From assembly GCF_000007225.1 (NCBI RefSeq), contig NC_003364.1:2190001-2222000 (forward strand): a stretch of DNA of 32,000 bases, given 5' to 3'. Under the pieces are notes generated by a model that did no database searches, was not told where the DNA came from, and worked only from the letters and a program-made list of their open reading frames with translations. The stretch comes from Pyrobaculum aerophilum str. IM2. GTDB lineage: Archaea; Thermoproteota; Thermoprotei; Thermoproteales; Thermoproteaceae. The position numbers and the translations under genes were made by a program. Shown here piece after piece: positions 8,083 through 15,817 of this stretch. The stretch's first letter is position 1. Each line of letters begins with the position of its first letter.

Positions 8083-8343
8083 ACGCGAAGAGAACACCAC
8101 GCCCAGTCTTGAGGCAATTCCTCCTTGTTTGTTGTCTAGCGTGAGGACCAGGGCCCCCTCCTTGAGGCAACTGCGATGTACAACGCATGTATAGAGTTGT
8201 GCCATAACCAACTGCAATATTAAAAACGTCGGTATAGGCCGCCTCTGGCTCTATATTCCTAGAGGGATGTTAAGAGGCGAAAGGGCTTAGCAACGGCATC
8301 TTTGTCAAGCCCCCATGTGGGCCGTATTGGCTAACCATTTCAT
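8066..8343 (-). pseudogene. decayed PIN-domain (VapC-like) gene
   Basis: There is no ORF of 60 aa or more here. Minus-strand fragments in three frames read 'MKWLANTAH', 'LDKDAVAKPF', 'NIAVGYGTTLY', 'HALYIAVA' and 'LKEGALVLTLDNKQGGIASRLGVV'. Together these follow the PIN pattern (..DA.YIA.A...GA.LVT.D..). At least 2 frameshifts and stops are present. Confidence 0.35.
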
Positions 8344-8590
8344 TGGCCAATAAAACATTGAGTAATGAATGAGCTCAAGGCGTTGGAGTTCAAGGCCTCC
8401 GGGGGCTTTCAGCCTCTGCGAGAGAAAAGCGATAGTAGCTGACGCCTCGGCCGTAGCCGCCTACTTAAGCCCGCGTGGGAATAGCAGGCGAGCTGTTTCT
8501 CCCGGGCCTCCAGCCCGCGGATTTTTCCTCAAGAAACCTTTGGGTTTTCGCCCTTGGAAGACCTTATATATACGGGGCTGGATATTATTC

Positions 8591-9102
8591 GTGGAGATAA
8601 GACTTGAGTTGCCGGAAAAACTCATCAAGAGGATCGAGGAGCTTTCATTAAAAGAAGGCGGCACTGTCGAGGAGAAGGTGGCCGAGATTCTCTACCGCCA
8701 TCTTGAGGACAACGACCCTGATTTAAAAGCGGAGATCCACTTGAAGTTATGTGAGAAATATCTAAGCGAAGCTGAGCAACTGGCACAGAGGGGGGATTAC
8801 CTGCAAGCCTCTGAAAAGGCGTGGGGCGCTGCGGCGCAGTTAGTAAAGGCAGTGGCCGCCAAACGGGGAGTGGAGCTTAAGAGCCACGGCGATCTCTGGC
8901 GTTTTGTCACTAAGCTTAGGGAGGAGACGGGAGACGCCGAGGTGGGGAGGCTGTGGCATGTGGCGAACAGTTTATACGTAAATTTTACGAGGCATGGGCA
9001 ACGCCGAAGCTCGTCAGAGACGCTATTAAAGACGTCAAGACTTTCGTCGAGAAATTAAAACAGCTTTTGCTCTCCACCGGGAAGTCTGGGGCGAATGGGT
9101 AA
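8591..9102 (+). pseudogene. PaREP1-family gene with a -1 frameshift in a T run
   Basis: GTG 8591 lies 23 nt downstream of ttatatata (8564-8572). 'YLSEAEQLAQRGDYLQASEKAWGAAAQLVKAVAAKRG..SHGDLWRF..LWHVANSLYVNF' is typical PaREP1. At tttt (8983-8986) the frame breaks. The shifted frame continues 'YEAWATPKLVRDAIKDVKTFVEKLKQLL..' to TAA 9100-9102. Confidence 0.7.
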
Positions 9103-9398
9103 AGCTGGCAGTTAGCATCTTGTGGCGACTCTCGGCAAGCCCTAAACGGCCTCTTCTCGGCGCTTGTGTCGGGCTTTATCTAATGAGCCGTAGTTCGCCG
9201 AGGGTAACGCGCCGTCCGTTATTACAGCTATGCGGGCATAACGCCTGGCCTCTCACAATTAAAACGTCCCCTGAGAATAAGTTTCGGGCCGTTCCCGCGA
9301 TAAGCCCCTTTTAAGGCCAAAGGTTACTGCCCATTAAGGCAAGCCGCTGGAGAGCCCTTGGCCCCTTTTCTAAATGCGGTGAAATATGGCGAATCCGG

Positions 9399-9433
9399 GG
9401 GGTTGAAAAACCCCTTTTTCTGGAAAAAGGGCC
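9399..9433 (-). terminator. hairpins plus T-tracts downstream of the MetE-like gene
   Basis: In minus sense, right after the stop: cccttttt-ccag-aaaaaggg (8-bp stem) followed by gtttttc. A second stem aacccc/ggggtt has loop gaaa (plus-strand reading). Confidence 0.4.
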
Positions 9434-10603
9434 TTAAGCCCACCAGTATTTCTCTCTGAGTATCTTCGCGGCCTTGACCATTGCTTTGAGTTTCTCTAAG
9501 GCCGCTTGTCTCGGGAAGGCCCGGTACATGCCGGGGGCAAAGCCGCAGTCTGGATTCAGCCAAATTCTCACCGGATCTACGTATTTCACAATTCTCTCCA
9601 CGTGGGCGACTACCTCCTCAGGGGTTTCCACGCGCTTGGGATCTCGCACGTCTATAGAGCCGAGGCCTATTTCCTTGTCGCTTGGGAGGATTTTGGCGAA
9701 TTCCTCCGGGTTGCCCATCCGCGGGTGTTTATACTCAACGACGTACTGTTTTACTTTCACGTCGAAAATCTGGGGGGCTAGCCTCTCGTACCCTACTATT
9801 GGCGAGTCCTCAGTTGGCCAGCGGTCTAGGTGCATGCCTATACGCACTGATGTGCCGAATCCTTGTACTACTTCGTTTACTAAATCCACTGCCAACTGTA
9901 TCTCGTCCCTCAACCCCCTGTACTTCTGGCCGTATAGCTCAGAGGCTACTTGTTTATATCTGTCCGGCTTGTCGGGCTCGGCCTCTATTAAATCCCCCAA
10001 CATGGGCTCGTCTAGCTGAATGAACGCAACGCCGGCGTTTATAAGCCTGGAGATCTCATTGCGCAGTACTTTGACGTAGGCCTCGGCGGCGTCTTCAGGC
10101 CTGGGGTAGTAGGGCGCAGAGATCTTGGCGTGCCACGCCTCCCACATTATGAGGTATGGCGAGGGCAGAGTGACTTTCAGAGGCTTTTGCGTGACTTTTT
10201 TTGCATATTGAACTTCGTCTACTGCCAAGACGCTGTCTTCAATATACCCGGCAATTACGGGGCGCCAAAGTGTTAGAGGCGCCTTGTATTTCTTCATAAT
10301 CTCCTTGGCGCTGGGGTGTAACTCCTCCACCCTCACTATTTTAAAGCCCTTTAGCTTCTGGCCCACAAAGGCCACAAAAGACGTCCTCCTCTGCTCGCCG
10401 TCTGTAATTACGTCTAGGCCTGCCTCTTCCTGGTCTTTAATTGCCAATTTCACCGCGTCGTCGAGATATTGGGAAAAAGTCTGCCGGTCGAGCTCCCCCT
10501 TTTCGTACTTCTCAAACGCCTCTATAAGCCACGTAGGCCGCGGCCACGATCCGACTACTGATGTTATAAACGCCCTAGGCAGGGTCATTAAAAACTCGGA
10601 CAT
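9434..10603 (-). CDS. cobalamin-independent methionine synthase family protein (MetE catalytic-domain type)
   Basis: 'VVGSWPRP', 'ITDGEQRR', 'IQLDEP', 'NPDCGF' motifs. The alternative start at the ATG at 10588 (MTLPRAF..) fits the TATA spacing better. Confidence 0.85.
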   Translation of the reverse strand: MSEFLMTLPRAFITSVVGSWPRPTWLIEAFEKYEKGELDRQTFSQYLDDAVKLAIKDQEEAGLDVITDGEQRRTSFVAFVGQKLKGFKIVRVEELHPSAKEIMKKYKAPLTLWRPVIAGYIEDSVLAVDEVQYAKKVTQKPLKVTLPSPYLIMWEAWHAKISAPYYPRPEDAAEAYVKVLRNEISRLINAGVAFIQLDEPMLGDLIEAEPDKPDRYKQVASELYGQKYRGLRDEIQLAVDLVNEVVQGFGTSVRIGMHLDRWPTEDSPIVGYERLAPQIFDVKVKQYVVEYKHPRMGNPEEFAKILPSDKEIGLGSIDVRDPKRVETPEEVVAHVERIVKYVDPVRIWLNPDCGFAPGMYRAFPRQAALEKLKAMVKAAKILREKYWWA

Positions 10604-10660
10604 AACCCTTATAAAAATTTTAGGCTGAGATATTTTTAAACAAGAGCTATCCTTTCTGTT

Positions 10661-11869
10661 ATGTCCGTGGCTGGGAGAAGGCTTGACAACGTCTATCTAG
10701 TCGCGTTCTCTAGAACCGCCTTCACGAGGTTTTCGAGGAAAGAGCCTCAAAGAGACGACTTCTGGGACTTAAGGCCTGAGGAAATCGCCGCAGTGCCTGT
10801 GAGGGCGTTGTTAGAGAAAACAGGCGTGAGGCCTGAGGACGTGGAGGAGTTGCTCACGGGGACGGCGTTGCCAGTGGGGGAACAGTGGCTCTACGGCGGC
10901 AGGCACGTGGTCTTCGCCGCCAAGTTGCCGTACACAATCCCCGCCGCTCATATCGACAGGCAGTGCGCCTCGTCAATTACAACCGTGGGCTACGGCGCCA
11001 TGGAAATAGCCACTGGGATGGCCGACATCGTAATAGCGGGAGGGGTGGAGAAAATGTCCAAGACCCCCATGTATGAAAACCCGCATATAGAAATCAACCC
11101 CAAGTTCCTCACAGACGACGAATATGTAAGGCTTTACAACTTGCCCATTGGCTACGTCATGGGCCTTACCGCGGAGAGGTTGGCGGAGATCTCCGGCATT
11201 AAAAGAGAGGAAATGGACGCCTGGTCTTTAAGAAGTCATAAAAGGGCAGCCGAGGCGTACGAAAAGGGCTATTTCAAAGACGAGATAGTGCCCGTGGCTG
11301 TGGAGCGGGAGGGACAGAGGAAAATAGTTGATAGGGACCAGTCTATTAGGCCGGACACCTCGCTTGAGGCCCTCGCCAAACTCCCGCCGGCGTTTAAGCC
11401 AGACGGAGTAATTACAGCGGGCAACTCATCGCCGCTTAATTCAGGCGCCGCATATGTAATGTTGGCTTCGGGGGAGGCGGTGAAGAAATACGGCCTCCAG
11501 CCAATGGCGAAAATTAGAGCGGTGGCCTTCGCCGGAGTTCCGCCGGAGGTTATGGGGATGGGGCCCGTCCCCGCCTCGCGGAAAGCCCTTGAAAAGGCCG
11601 GCCTCACCGTGAAACAAATAGGGAGGTGGGAGATAAACGAGGCCTTTGCCGTGGTGACTCTATACGCCATTAGAGAGCTGGGCATAGACCCGGAGTTAGT
11701 GAACACCAGGGGAGGGGCAATAGCCATCGGCCACCCCCTGGGCGCCACGGGGGCGCGGATTATAGGCACACTTGCCAGACAGATGCAATTAGACGGAGTT
11801 GACTACGGCGTCGCTACGTTGTGTGTCGGCGGCGGGCAGGGAGCGGCCGTTGTTTTAGAAAGGGTATAA
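10661..11869 (+). CDS. acetyl-CoA C-acetyltransferase (thiolase)
   Basis: 'DRQCASSITT' (active-site Cys), 'NEAFA', 'GHPLGATGARI', 'CVGGGQGAA'. TATA atttttaaac (10632-10641) about 24 nt upstream. Confidence 0.9.
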   Translation: MSVAGRRLDNVYLVAFSRTAFTRFSRKEPQRDDFWDLRPEEIAAVPVRALLEKTGVRPEDVEELLTGTALPVGEQWLYGGRHVVFAAKLPYTIPAAHIDRQCASSITTVGYGAMEIATGMADIVIAGGVEKMSKTPMYENPHIEINPKFLTDDEYVRLYNLPIGYVMGLTAERLAEISGIKREEMDAWSLRSHKRAAEAYEKGYFKDEIVPVAVEREGQRKIVDRDQSIRPDTSLEALAKLPPAFKPDGVITAGNSSPLNSGAAYVMLASGEAVKKYGLQPMAKIRAVAFAGVPPEVMGMGPVPASRKALEKAGLTVKQIGRWEINEAFAVVTLYAIRELGIDPELVNTRGGAIAIGHPLGATGARIIGTLARQMQLDGVDYGVATLCVGGGQGAAVVLERV

Positions 11870-11904
11870 GAGACAGATTTATAACACACAAGTTTTTTAT
11901 CCCC

Positions 11905-13338
11905 ATGCGCTTCGTCCTTGTAGTACTGGTTTTGGCGCTTACTGTCTTTTCGGCGACAATCCTCACCCGCGCCGACCAGGCCTCAATTGACGCCGCCCTC
12001 CCCGTGTTGCAGAAATACTTCCCCGACGTGAAGCTCATACCCGCAGATCCGACGCAGTGGAGAGCGCTTATTGATAGAGGCGGCGTCGATTTCTTATGGG
12101 CGGGCGCCCCCGTTCTATACGAGGCCTTGTTAAAAGAGGGCTATCTTGCGCCTATGCCGGAGGTACAAGAGCTTAAAAACCTCCCGGACAGCGTTGGGAA
12201 TATAAGGCTAAAGAGAATAGGCCCAGACGGCAAGGTTTACTACGTGATATACGGCCTCATTGGATACGTGATAGGCTACAGCAGAGAGGCCTTGGACAAA
12301 GCCGGCGTTAAGCCAGTGTGTAGCTGGCGGGATTTGGCCTCGCTTAATTTGACAAAATACTACCTAGACACCGGCGTCAAGCCCGTAGTCCTCGCCCGGC
12401 CGACGAAGTCCACCTCTACAGCCGCTATGATGCAATTAGTCACTGAGATATACGGGTGGGAAGAGGGTTGGAAATACCTCACTTCTATGGCGGCCATCGC
12501 CCGCTTTGTTGACTCCAGCGGCGCGGTGAGGGACACTGTAAAGAGGGGGGAGGCCCTCTTCGGCCCCATGGTTGATTACTACGTCTTTATCGCAGGGCTT
12601 GACTACTGCATTCCCGCAGACGGTACTGACATCCTCTTCGATCCCATTGCGGTGCCCAGGGGGGCCAACGCCACAGTGGCAACAGTGTTGACCCGGGTAT
12701 TCCTAACTGAAATGAAGAAGAGGCTGGTGGACAGGTACATACTGCCGGGGAACCCCGCCGTGCTTGACTCCCCAGAGGTAAATCGCACTAAGGCAGCGGT
12801 GTTGAAAAACCACCTCCAAAGGCTGATGAGCGCGAAGATCATGTCCGTGCCTCCTGAGAAAAGCGCATCTTATTACTACTCCTTTATTTACTACTACGAG
12901 GCGACTCTGGTGGATTTACAAGACGTTTTGACAGACACTTGGAGCGGAATAGTGAGGGCCTACATATCGGGCCAAATCACGAGGGAGCAGTTTGAAAAAT
13001 TGTGGAGACTCCTGGGGGCCCCCGTCAACTACACAGATCCCGAGACGGGGCAGACAAGAACTTTTATATATCAGACAGCTGTGGAGATAAACGACAGAAT
13101 TGGGAGAGACGCGGCCTATAGAGATAAGGTATATCAAGCGTGGCGCGAGGCCGCGAGGGCAAAATACCAACAGGTGGGCAAGTTGCTCCAGCAGTACGTT
13201 GAGGAAAACGCGGCTAAAACCCCGGCGGCCCAGCCAGCGGCTCAGAACAACGTGCTGCCCCTCTTGGTTATTCTTGTCATTATCGCCGTGGCGGCAATTG
13301 TGATATTGGCCAGGAGAAAGACGGCACAAGCGTCTTAA
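11905..13338 (+). CDS. extracellular solute-binding protein (ABC-type, family-1-like) with C-terminal TM anchor
   Basis: Start moved to ATG 11905 (MRFVLVVLVLALTVF signal), with gatttataac about 24 nt upstream. The fold call rests on overall periplasmic-binding-protein-like sequence character only. C-terminal LPLLVILVIIAVAAIVILARRK. Confidence 0.55.
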   Translation: MRFVLVVLVLALTVFSATILTRADQASIDAALPVLQKYFPDVKLIPADPTQWRALIDRGGVDFLWAGAPVLYEALLKEGYLAPMPEVQELKNLPDSVGNIRLKRIGPDGKVYYVIYGLIGYVIGYSREALDKAGVKPVCSWRDLASLNLTKYYLDTGVKPVVLARPTKSTSTAAMMQLVTEIYGWEEGWKYLTSMAAIARFVDSSGAVRDTVKRGEALFGPMVDYYVFIAGLDYCIPADGTDILFDPIAVPRGANATVATVLTRVFLTEMKKRLVDRYILPGNPAVLDSPEVNRTKAAVLKNHLQRLMSAKIMSVPPEKSASYYYSFIYYYEATLVDLQDVLTDTWSGIVRAYISGQITREQFEKLWRLLGAPVNYTDPETGQTRTFIYQTAVEINDRIGRDAAYRDKVYQAWREAARAKYQQVGKLLQQYVEENAAKTPAAQPAAQNNVLPLLVILVIIAVAAIVILARRKTAQAS

Positions 13339-13700
13339 CGGACTCCGACGGCCAACTCCTCCAAGAGCCTTTTAATTTTCTCGACGGCATAGAGAACCTC
13401 CTCGGGCTGATAAACGCCCTCGTAAAACGCCTCTTCGTGGAGCGTTTTCATGAGATCGCTGTAAAGAGCGCGGAGATCCTCCCTGCCCAGTTCTCTTAAC
13501 ATTTTCCGCCGCTCTGCATGGCTCCTAGGCACTATCCCCGTCTGGGTTGCTATATAGGCATTGATGGTCAATACCAAGGCTAAAAAGGCCTTGTCCGCTG
13601 CGTTGCGGTATAGGAATATGTCTTTTGTCTTAAGTGCTCTTTCCAGCTCCTCTACGGCGTATTGCAGAATTTCCCTCGCCGTCTCTAATTCCGTTTTCAC
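13335..13700 (-). CDS. four-helix PaREP1/PaREP8-like (HEPN-like) protein
   Basis: GTG start with cctaataaagcc about 24 nt upstream. 'YRNAADKAFLALVLTINAYI..PRSHAERRKMLRELG..LHEEAFYEG' resembles the NAAGKAF..-type helices of the PaREP1 genes in this window. Confidence 0.55.
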   Translation of the reverse strand: MKTELETAREILQYAVEELERALKTKDIFLYRNAADKAFLALVLTINAYIATQTGIVPRSHAERRKMLRELGREDLRALYSDLMKTLHEEAFYEGVYQPEEVLYAVEKIKRLLEELAVGVR

Positions 13701-13743
13701 ATAATAGAGGATTTGTGGCTTTATTAGGATTACAGAGTGCGGG

Positions 13744-14001
13744 TTATATCCCCAGCGTGTCCAACAGCCACTTCCACTGGCTGTACGCCTCTAAAAACTT
13801 GAGACCTTCTGGCGTTATGCATATCTCACTGCCCTTATCTGTTACAAACCCCCTCTCGGCTAACGCCTTTATTATTTTAGCCATTCTATCATATGCGAGA
13901 TTAGCCTCCGTTGCTATGTGTGTGGGCTTTTTACACCCTTTAGATAGGACTTGTAAAATATCCACTACTATCTCCAGCCTACTTCGCCTTTTGCGAGCCA
14001 T
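13744..14001 (-). CDS. small winged-helix DNA-binding protein
   Basis: 85 aa. 'RSRLEIVVDILQVLSKGCKKPTHIATEANLAYDRMAKIIKALAERGFV' has a wHTH pattern. The ATG overlaps the upstream gene by 23 nt, so it is operonic. Confidence 0.6.
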   Translation of the reverse strand: MARKRRSRLEIVVDILQVLSKGCKKPTHIATEANLAYDRMAKIIKALAERGFVTDKGSEICITPEGLKFLEAYSQWKWLLDTLGI

Positions 14002-14521
14002 AAATCACGCCGAGCGTTAAAAAGACCGCTGTGAGCAGTCTAGCCACTAAGTCAAGATTTGAAAGAAGCGGGGCCACGAGGGAGAGGGCGTAGGAGATAA
14101 AGGCCAGGGAGATAAACGGCGGGTTGCGCCTCTCCAGCGATTTAATTAAAGTGACGGCGGCTATGTACAAAGAGAGTAATGCGTTTATTGGGACCAGAAT
14201 AATGACGGGCGGCAGTACGGCGTAAAATAAAGACGGCGTGACTGCCACTGCGATGGGCACAAGGGCGGCGAGGCTGAGCAGTTGTATTACCGCTCTGAAA
14301 AAGGTCTCTTGCCTTCTAATAAACTGCATGGGGGCCTCTCCAAGGAGGTTATTTAGATATATATCCACGACTGCTTCTATAATTAACGACGCGGCTAACA
14401 TTACTAAGCCGAAGGAGTATAGAGAAAGCCTCCAGTCAATTAAGCTGCGCCAAGCTTGAAAAATTTTATAGGCTACGTACAGGGCTAAGACGGCTATTAT
14501 TATATCAGGTATAAAGAGCAT
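13979..14521 (-). CDS. polytopic membrane protein (about 5 TM), function unknown
   Basis: The ATG immediately follows the permease stop (TAAATG). The 180-aa product is hydrophobic. Confidence 0.6.
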   Translation of the reverse strand: MLFIPDIIIAVLALYVAYKIFQAWRSLIDWRLSLYSFGLVMLAASLIIEAVVDIYLNNLLGEAPMQFIRRQETFFRAVIQLLSLAALVPIAVAVTPSLFYAVLPPVIILVPINALLSLYIAAVTLIKSLERRNPPFISLAFISYALSLVAPLLSNLDLVARLLTAVFLTLGVIYGSQKAK

Positions 14522-15736
14522 TTACTCATATCTCAGCGCCGACACTATATTAATTCTCCCCGCCCTATAAGCGGGGAGGAATGCCCCCATTAAGTTTATA
14601 GCCACGACTAAAGCCGCTGTAGCGGCCACTAAGAGGGGGTCGAGGACTAGGGAAGTTATGGCGAAGGCGCTTCCTTGAGGACCGGCGAAGCCCCCTGGAA
14701 AGCCCGCCCTAGGCGGTTGAGGCCCGGCGTTGCCCATGAAGGGCAAGCCGCTCTGGGAGAGGGGTATTAATAAGGCGGTTCCGACCAACACGCCAATTCC
14801 GGCGATAATCAAGGCCTCGGTGAGGAACATCAACATTACGTGTCTCTTCTTAAAGCCCAGGGCTCTTAAGATGCCTATTTCCTTTGTCCTTTGTACTACG
14901 CTTATGGACATGGTGTCGTACAGCCAGAGGGCGGTTATCACAGTGCTAACCCCCGCTATCAGCCCTAGGAACAACTGGAAAGAGGTCAAGTAGCTGTTTA
15001 TTGTTTGTAGAATTGCCTGCGGCGAGATTACGTCTACATTGGGAAAGTTCGCCCTCACGTCGTTAGAGACGGAGTCTATAAGCGAGGAGTCCTTAAGGTA
15101 CAGAACTACTACGTTATAACTAGATATGCCCGTGATTTGGCGGAAGGCGGAGAGGTCCATCACCACGCCTCTCGACGTGTCTATAAAGCCCAGCGACCCA
15201 GTGGCTAAAATGCCCGACGCTACGGCTGTTACGGACTTCCTGCCTATTATTAAAGATACTGGAGACCCCACTGCCACTCTCTGCTGTCCGGTGGAGCGGT
15301 CAAAGGCCACATAATATCCAACTAATATTAAATTTGACCCCACTACCAGCTGTCCGTCGTAAAGCGCCGTGGGCGGTAAGAGCTGTCTTAAAAGCGCGGG
15401 GTCAACGCCGTAAATAGTAACTGGAGTCTGTCCAGTAATACCGGCGACGCGCACAGAGCCCCTCGCAGTTGCAATGGGAATGGCAGTCTCAACGCCGTTT
15501 ATTGTAGACAATGTGCCCACATCGGCGTCTGTGAACTGGGCCCCAGTGACGTATATCACATTTGTCTGGAAATTAGAGGTGAAAAACCGCGTTGTGTAGT
15601 CTTTAAACGTCTGCCCTAAGAGTAGGGCGTAGCTGAGGGCCGTGAAGGCGATGACTACGCCGATAATTGCGCCAATAGTGCGGCCCTTCCTCTCCCACAG
15701 AGCGTTCCACGCAAGTCTTAGGACTTCTGAAAGCAT
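14522..15736 (-). CDS. MacB/FtsX-family ABC permease (paralog A)
   Basis: Start moved to ATG 15736 (MLSEVLRLAW aligns residue for residue with MYWEVIRLSW of paralog B). tttatataa (15757-15765) lies about 25 nt upstream. Architecture: TM1, large extracytoplasmic domain, 3 TMs. 'RTKEIGILRALGFKKRHV' and '..PAYRAGRINIVSALRYE' are FtsX-family hallmarks. Confidence 0.85.
   Translation of the reverse strand: MLSEVLRLAWNALWERKGRTIGAIIGVVIAFTALSYALLLGQTFKDYTTRFFTSNFQTNVIYVTGAQFTDADVGTLSTINGVETAIPIATARGSVRVAGITGQTPVTIYGVDPALLRQLLPPTALYDGQLVVGSNLILVGYYVAFDRSTGQQRVAVGSPVSLIIGRKSVTAVASGILATGSLGFIDTSRGVVMDLSAFRQITGISSYNVVVLYLKDSSLIDSVSNDVRANFPNVDVISPQAILQTINSYLTSFQLFLGLIAGVSTVITALWLYDTMSISVVQRTKEIGILRALGFKKRHVMLMFLTEALIIAGIGVLVGTALLIPLSQSGLPFMGNAGPQPPRAGFPGGFAGPQGSAFAITSLVLDPLLVAATAALVVAINLMGAFLPAYRAGRINIVSALRYE
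14895..14974. repeat. 80-bp inverted repeat with 2 mismatches, copy 1 (partner 28297-28376)
   Basis: A 56-nt perfect run plus flanks. It encodes LFLGLIAGVSTVITALWLYDTMSISVV in both permease paralogs. Confidence 0.85.
15599..15704. repeat. 106-bp perfect inverted repeat, copy 1 (partner 27567-27672)
   Basis: Hand alignment: the reverse complement of 15599-15704 equals 27567-27672 at all 106 positions. It encodes ..ALWERKGRTIGAIIGVVIAFTALSYALLLGQTFKD. Confidence 0.9.
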
Positions 15737-15789
15737 GAAACGCGACACGTGCTGAGTTTATATAATGAATTCACTTTAAGTGAGTATAG

Positions 15790-15799
15790 TTTTTAAATA
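15790..15799 (+). promoter_or_regulatory. TATA-like box for the surface-protein gene
   Basis: tttttaaata centred about 24 nt upstream of ATG 15818. The divergent partner box is at 15757-15765. Confidence 0.5.
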
Positions 15800-15817
15800 C
15801 GCCACGGCCGCGTGTCC

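Noticed and set aside
8369-8590. The 5' 74 codons of track ORF 8369..9058
   Set aside because: The sequence is Arg/Ser/Pro-rich and not PaREP1-like. A strong TATA box (8564-8572) lies inside it, 23 nt upstream of GTG 8591, where the family-typical sequence begins.
9120-9314. 64-aa ORF in the 330-nt gap between the PaREP1 relic and the MetE-like gene
   Set aside because: It has an Arg/Pro/Ser-rich product, no TATA spacing and no recognisable motif. The gap remains unexplained (no ORF, no RNA motif that I could support).
9075-9320. RNase P RNA-like strings ('gggaagtctggggc' resembling CR-I GGAAAGUCC, and 'gataagcccc')
   Set aside because: The first string lies inside the restored PaREP1 reading frame. 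The second is in the wrong orientation and order to form a P4 helix with the conserved bulged U. It is most likely coincidence.
9474-10628. Several plus-strand ORFs (9474..10019, 9506..9781, 9682..10023, 10284..10628), plus 9324..9563(-)
   Set aside because: All overlap the well-supported MetE-like gene, either antisense or out of frame, and have Ser/Arg/Leu-biased composition.
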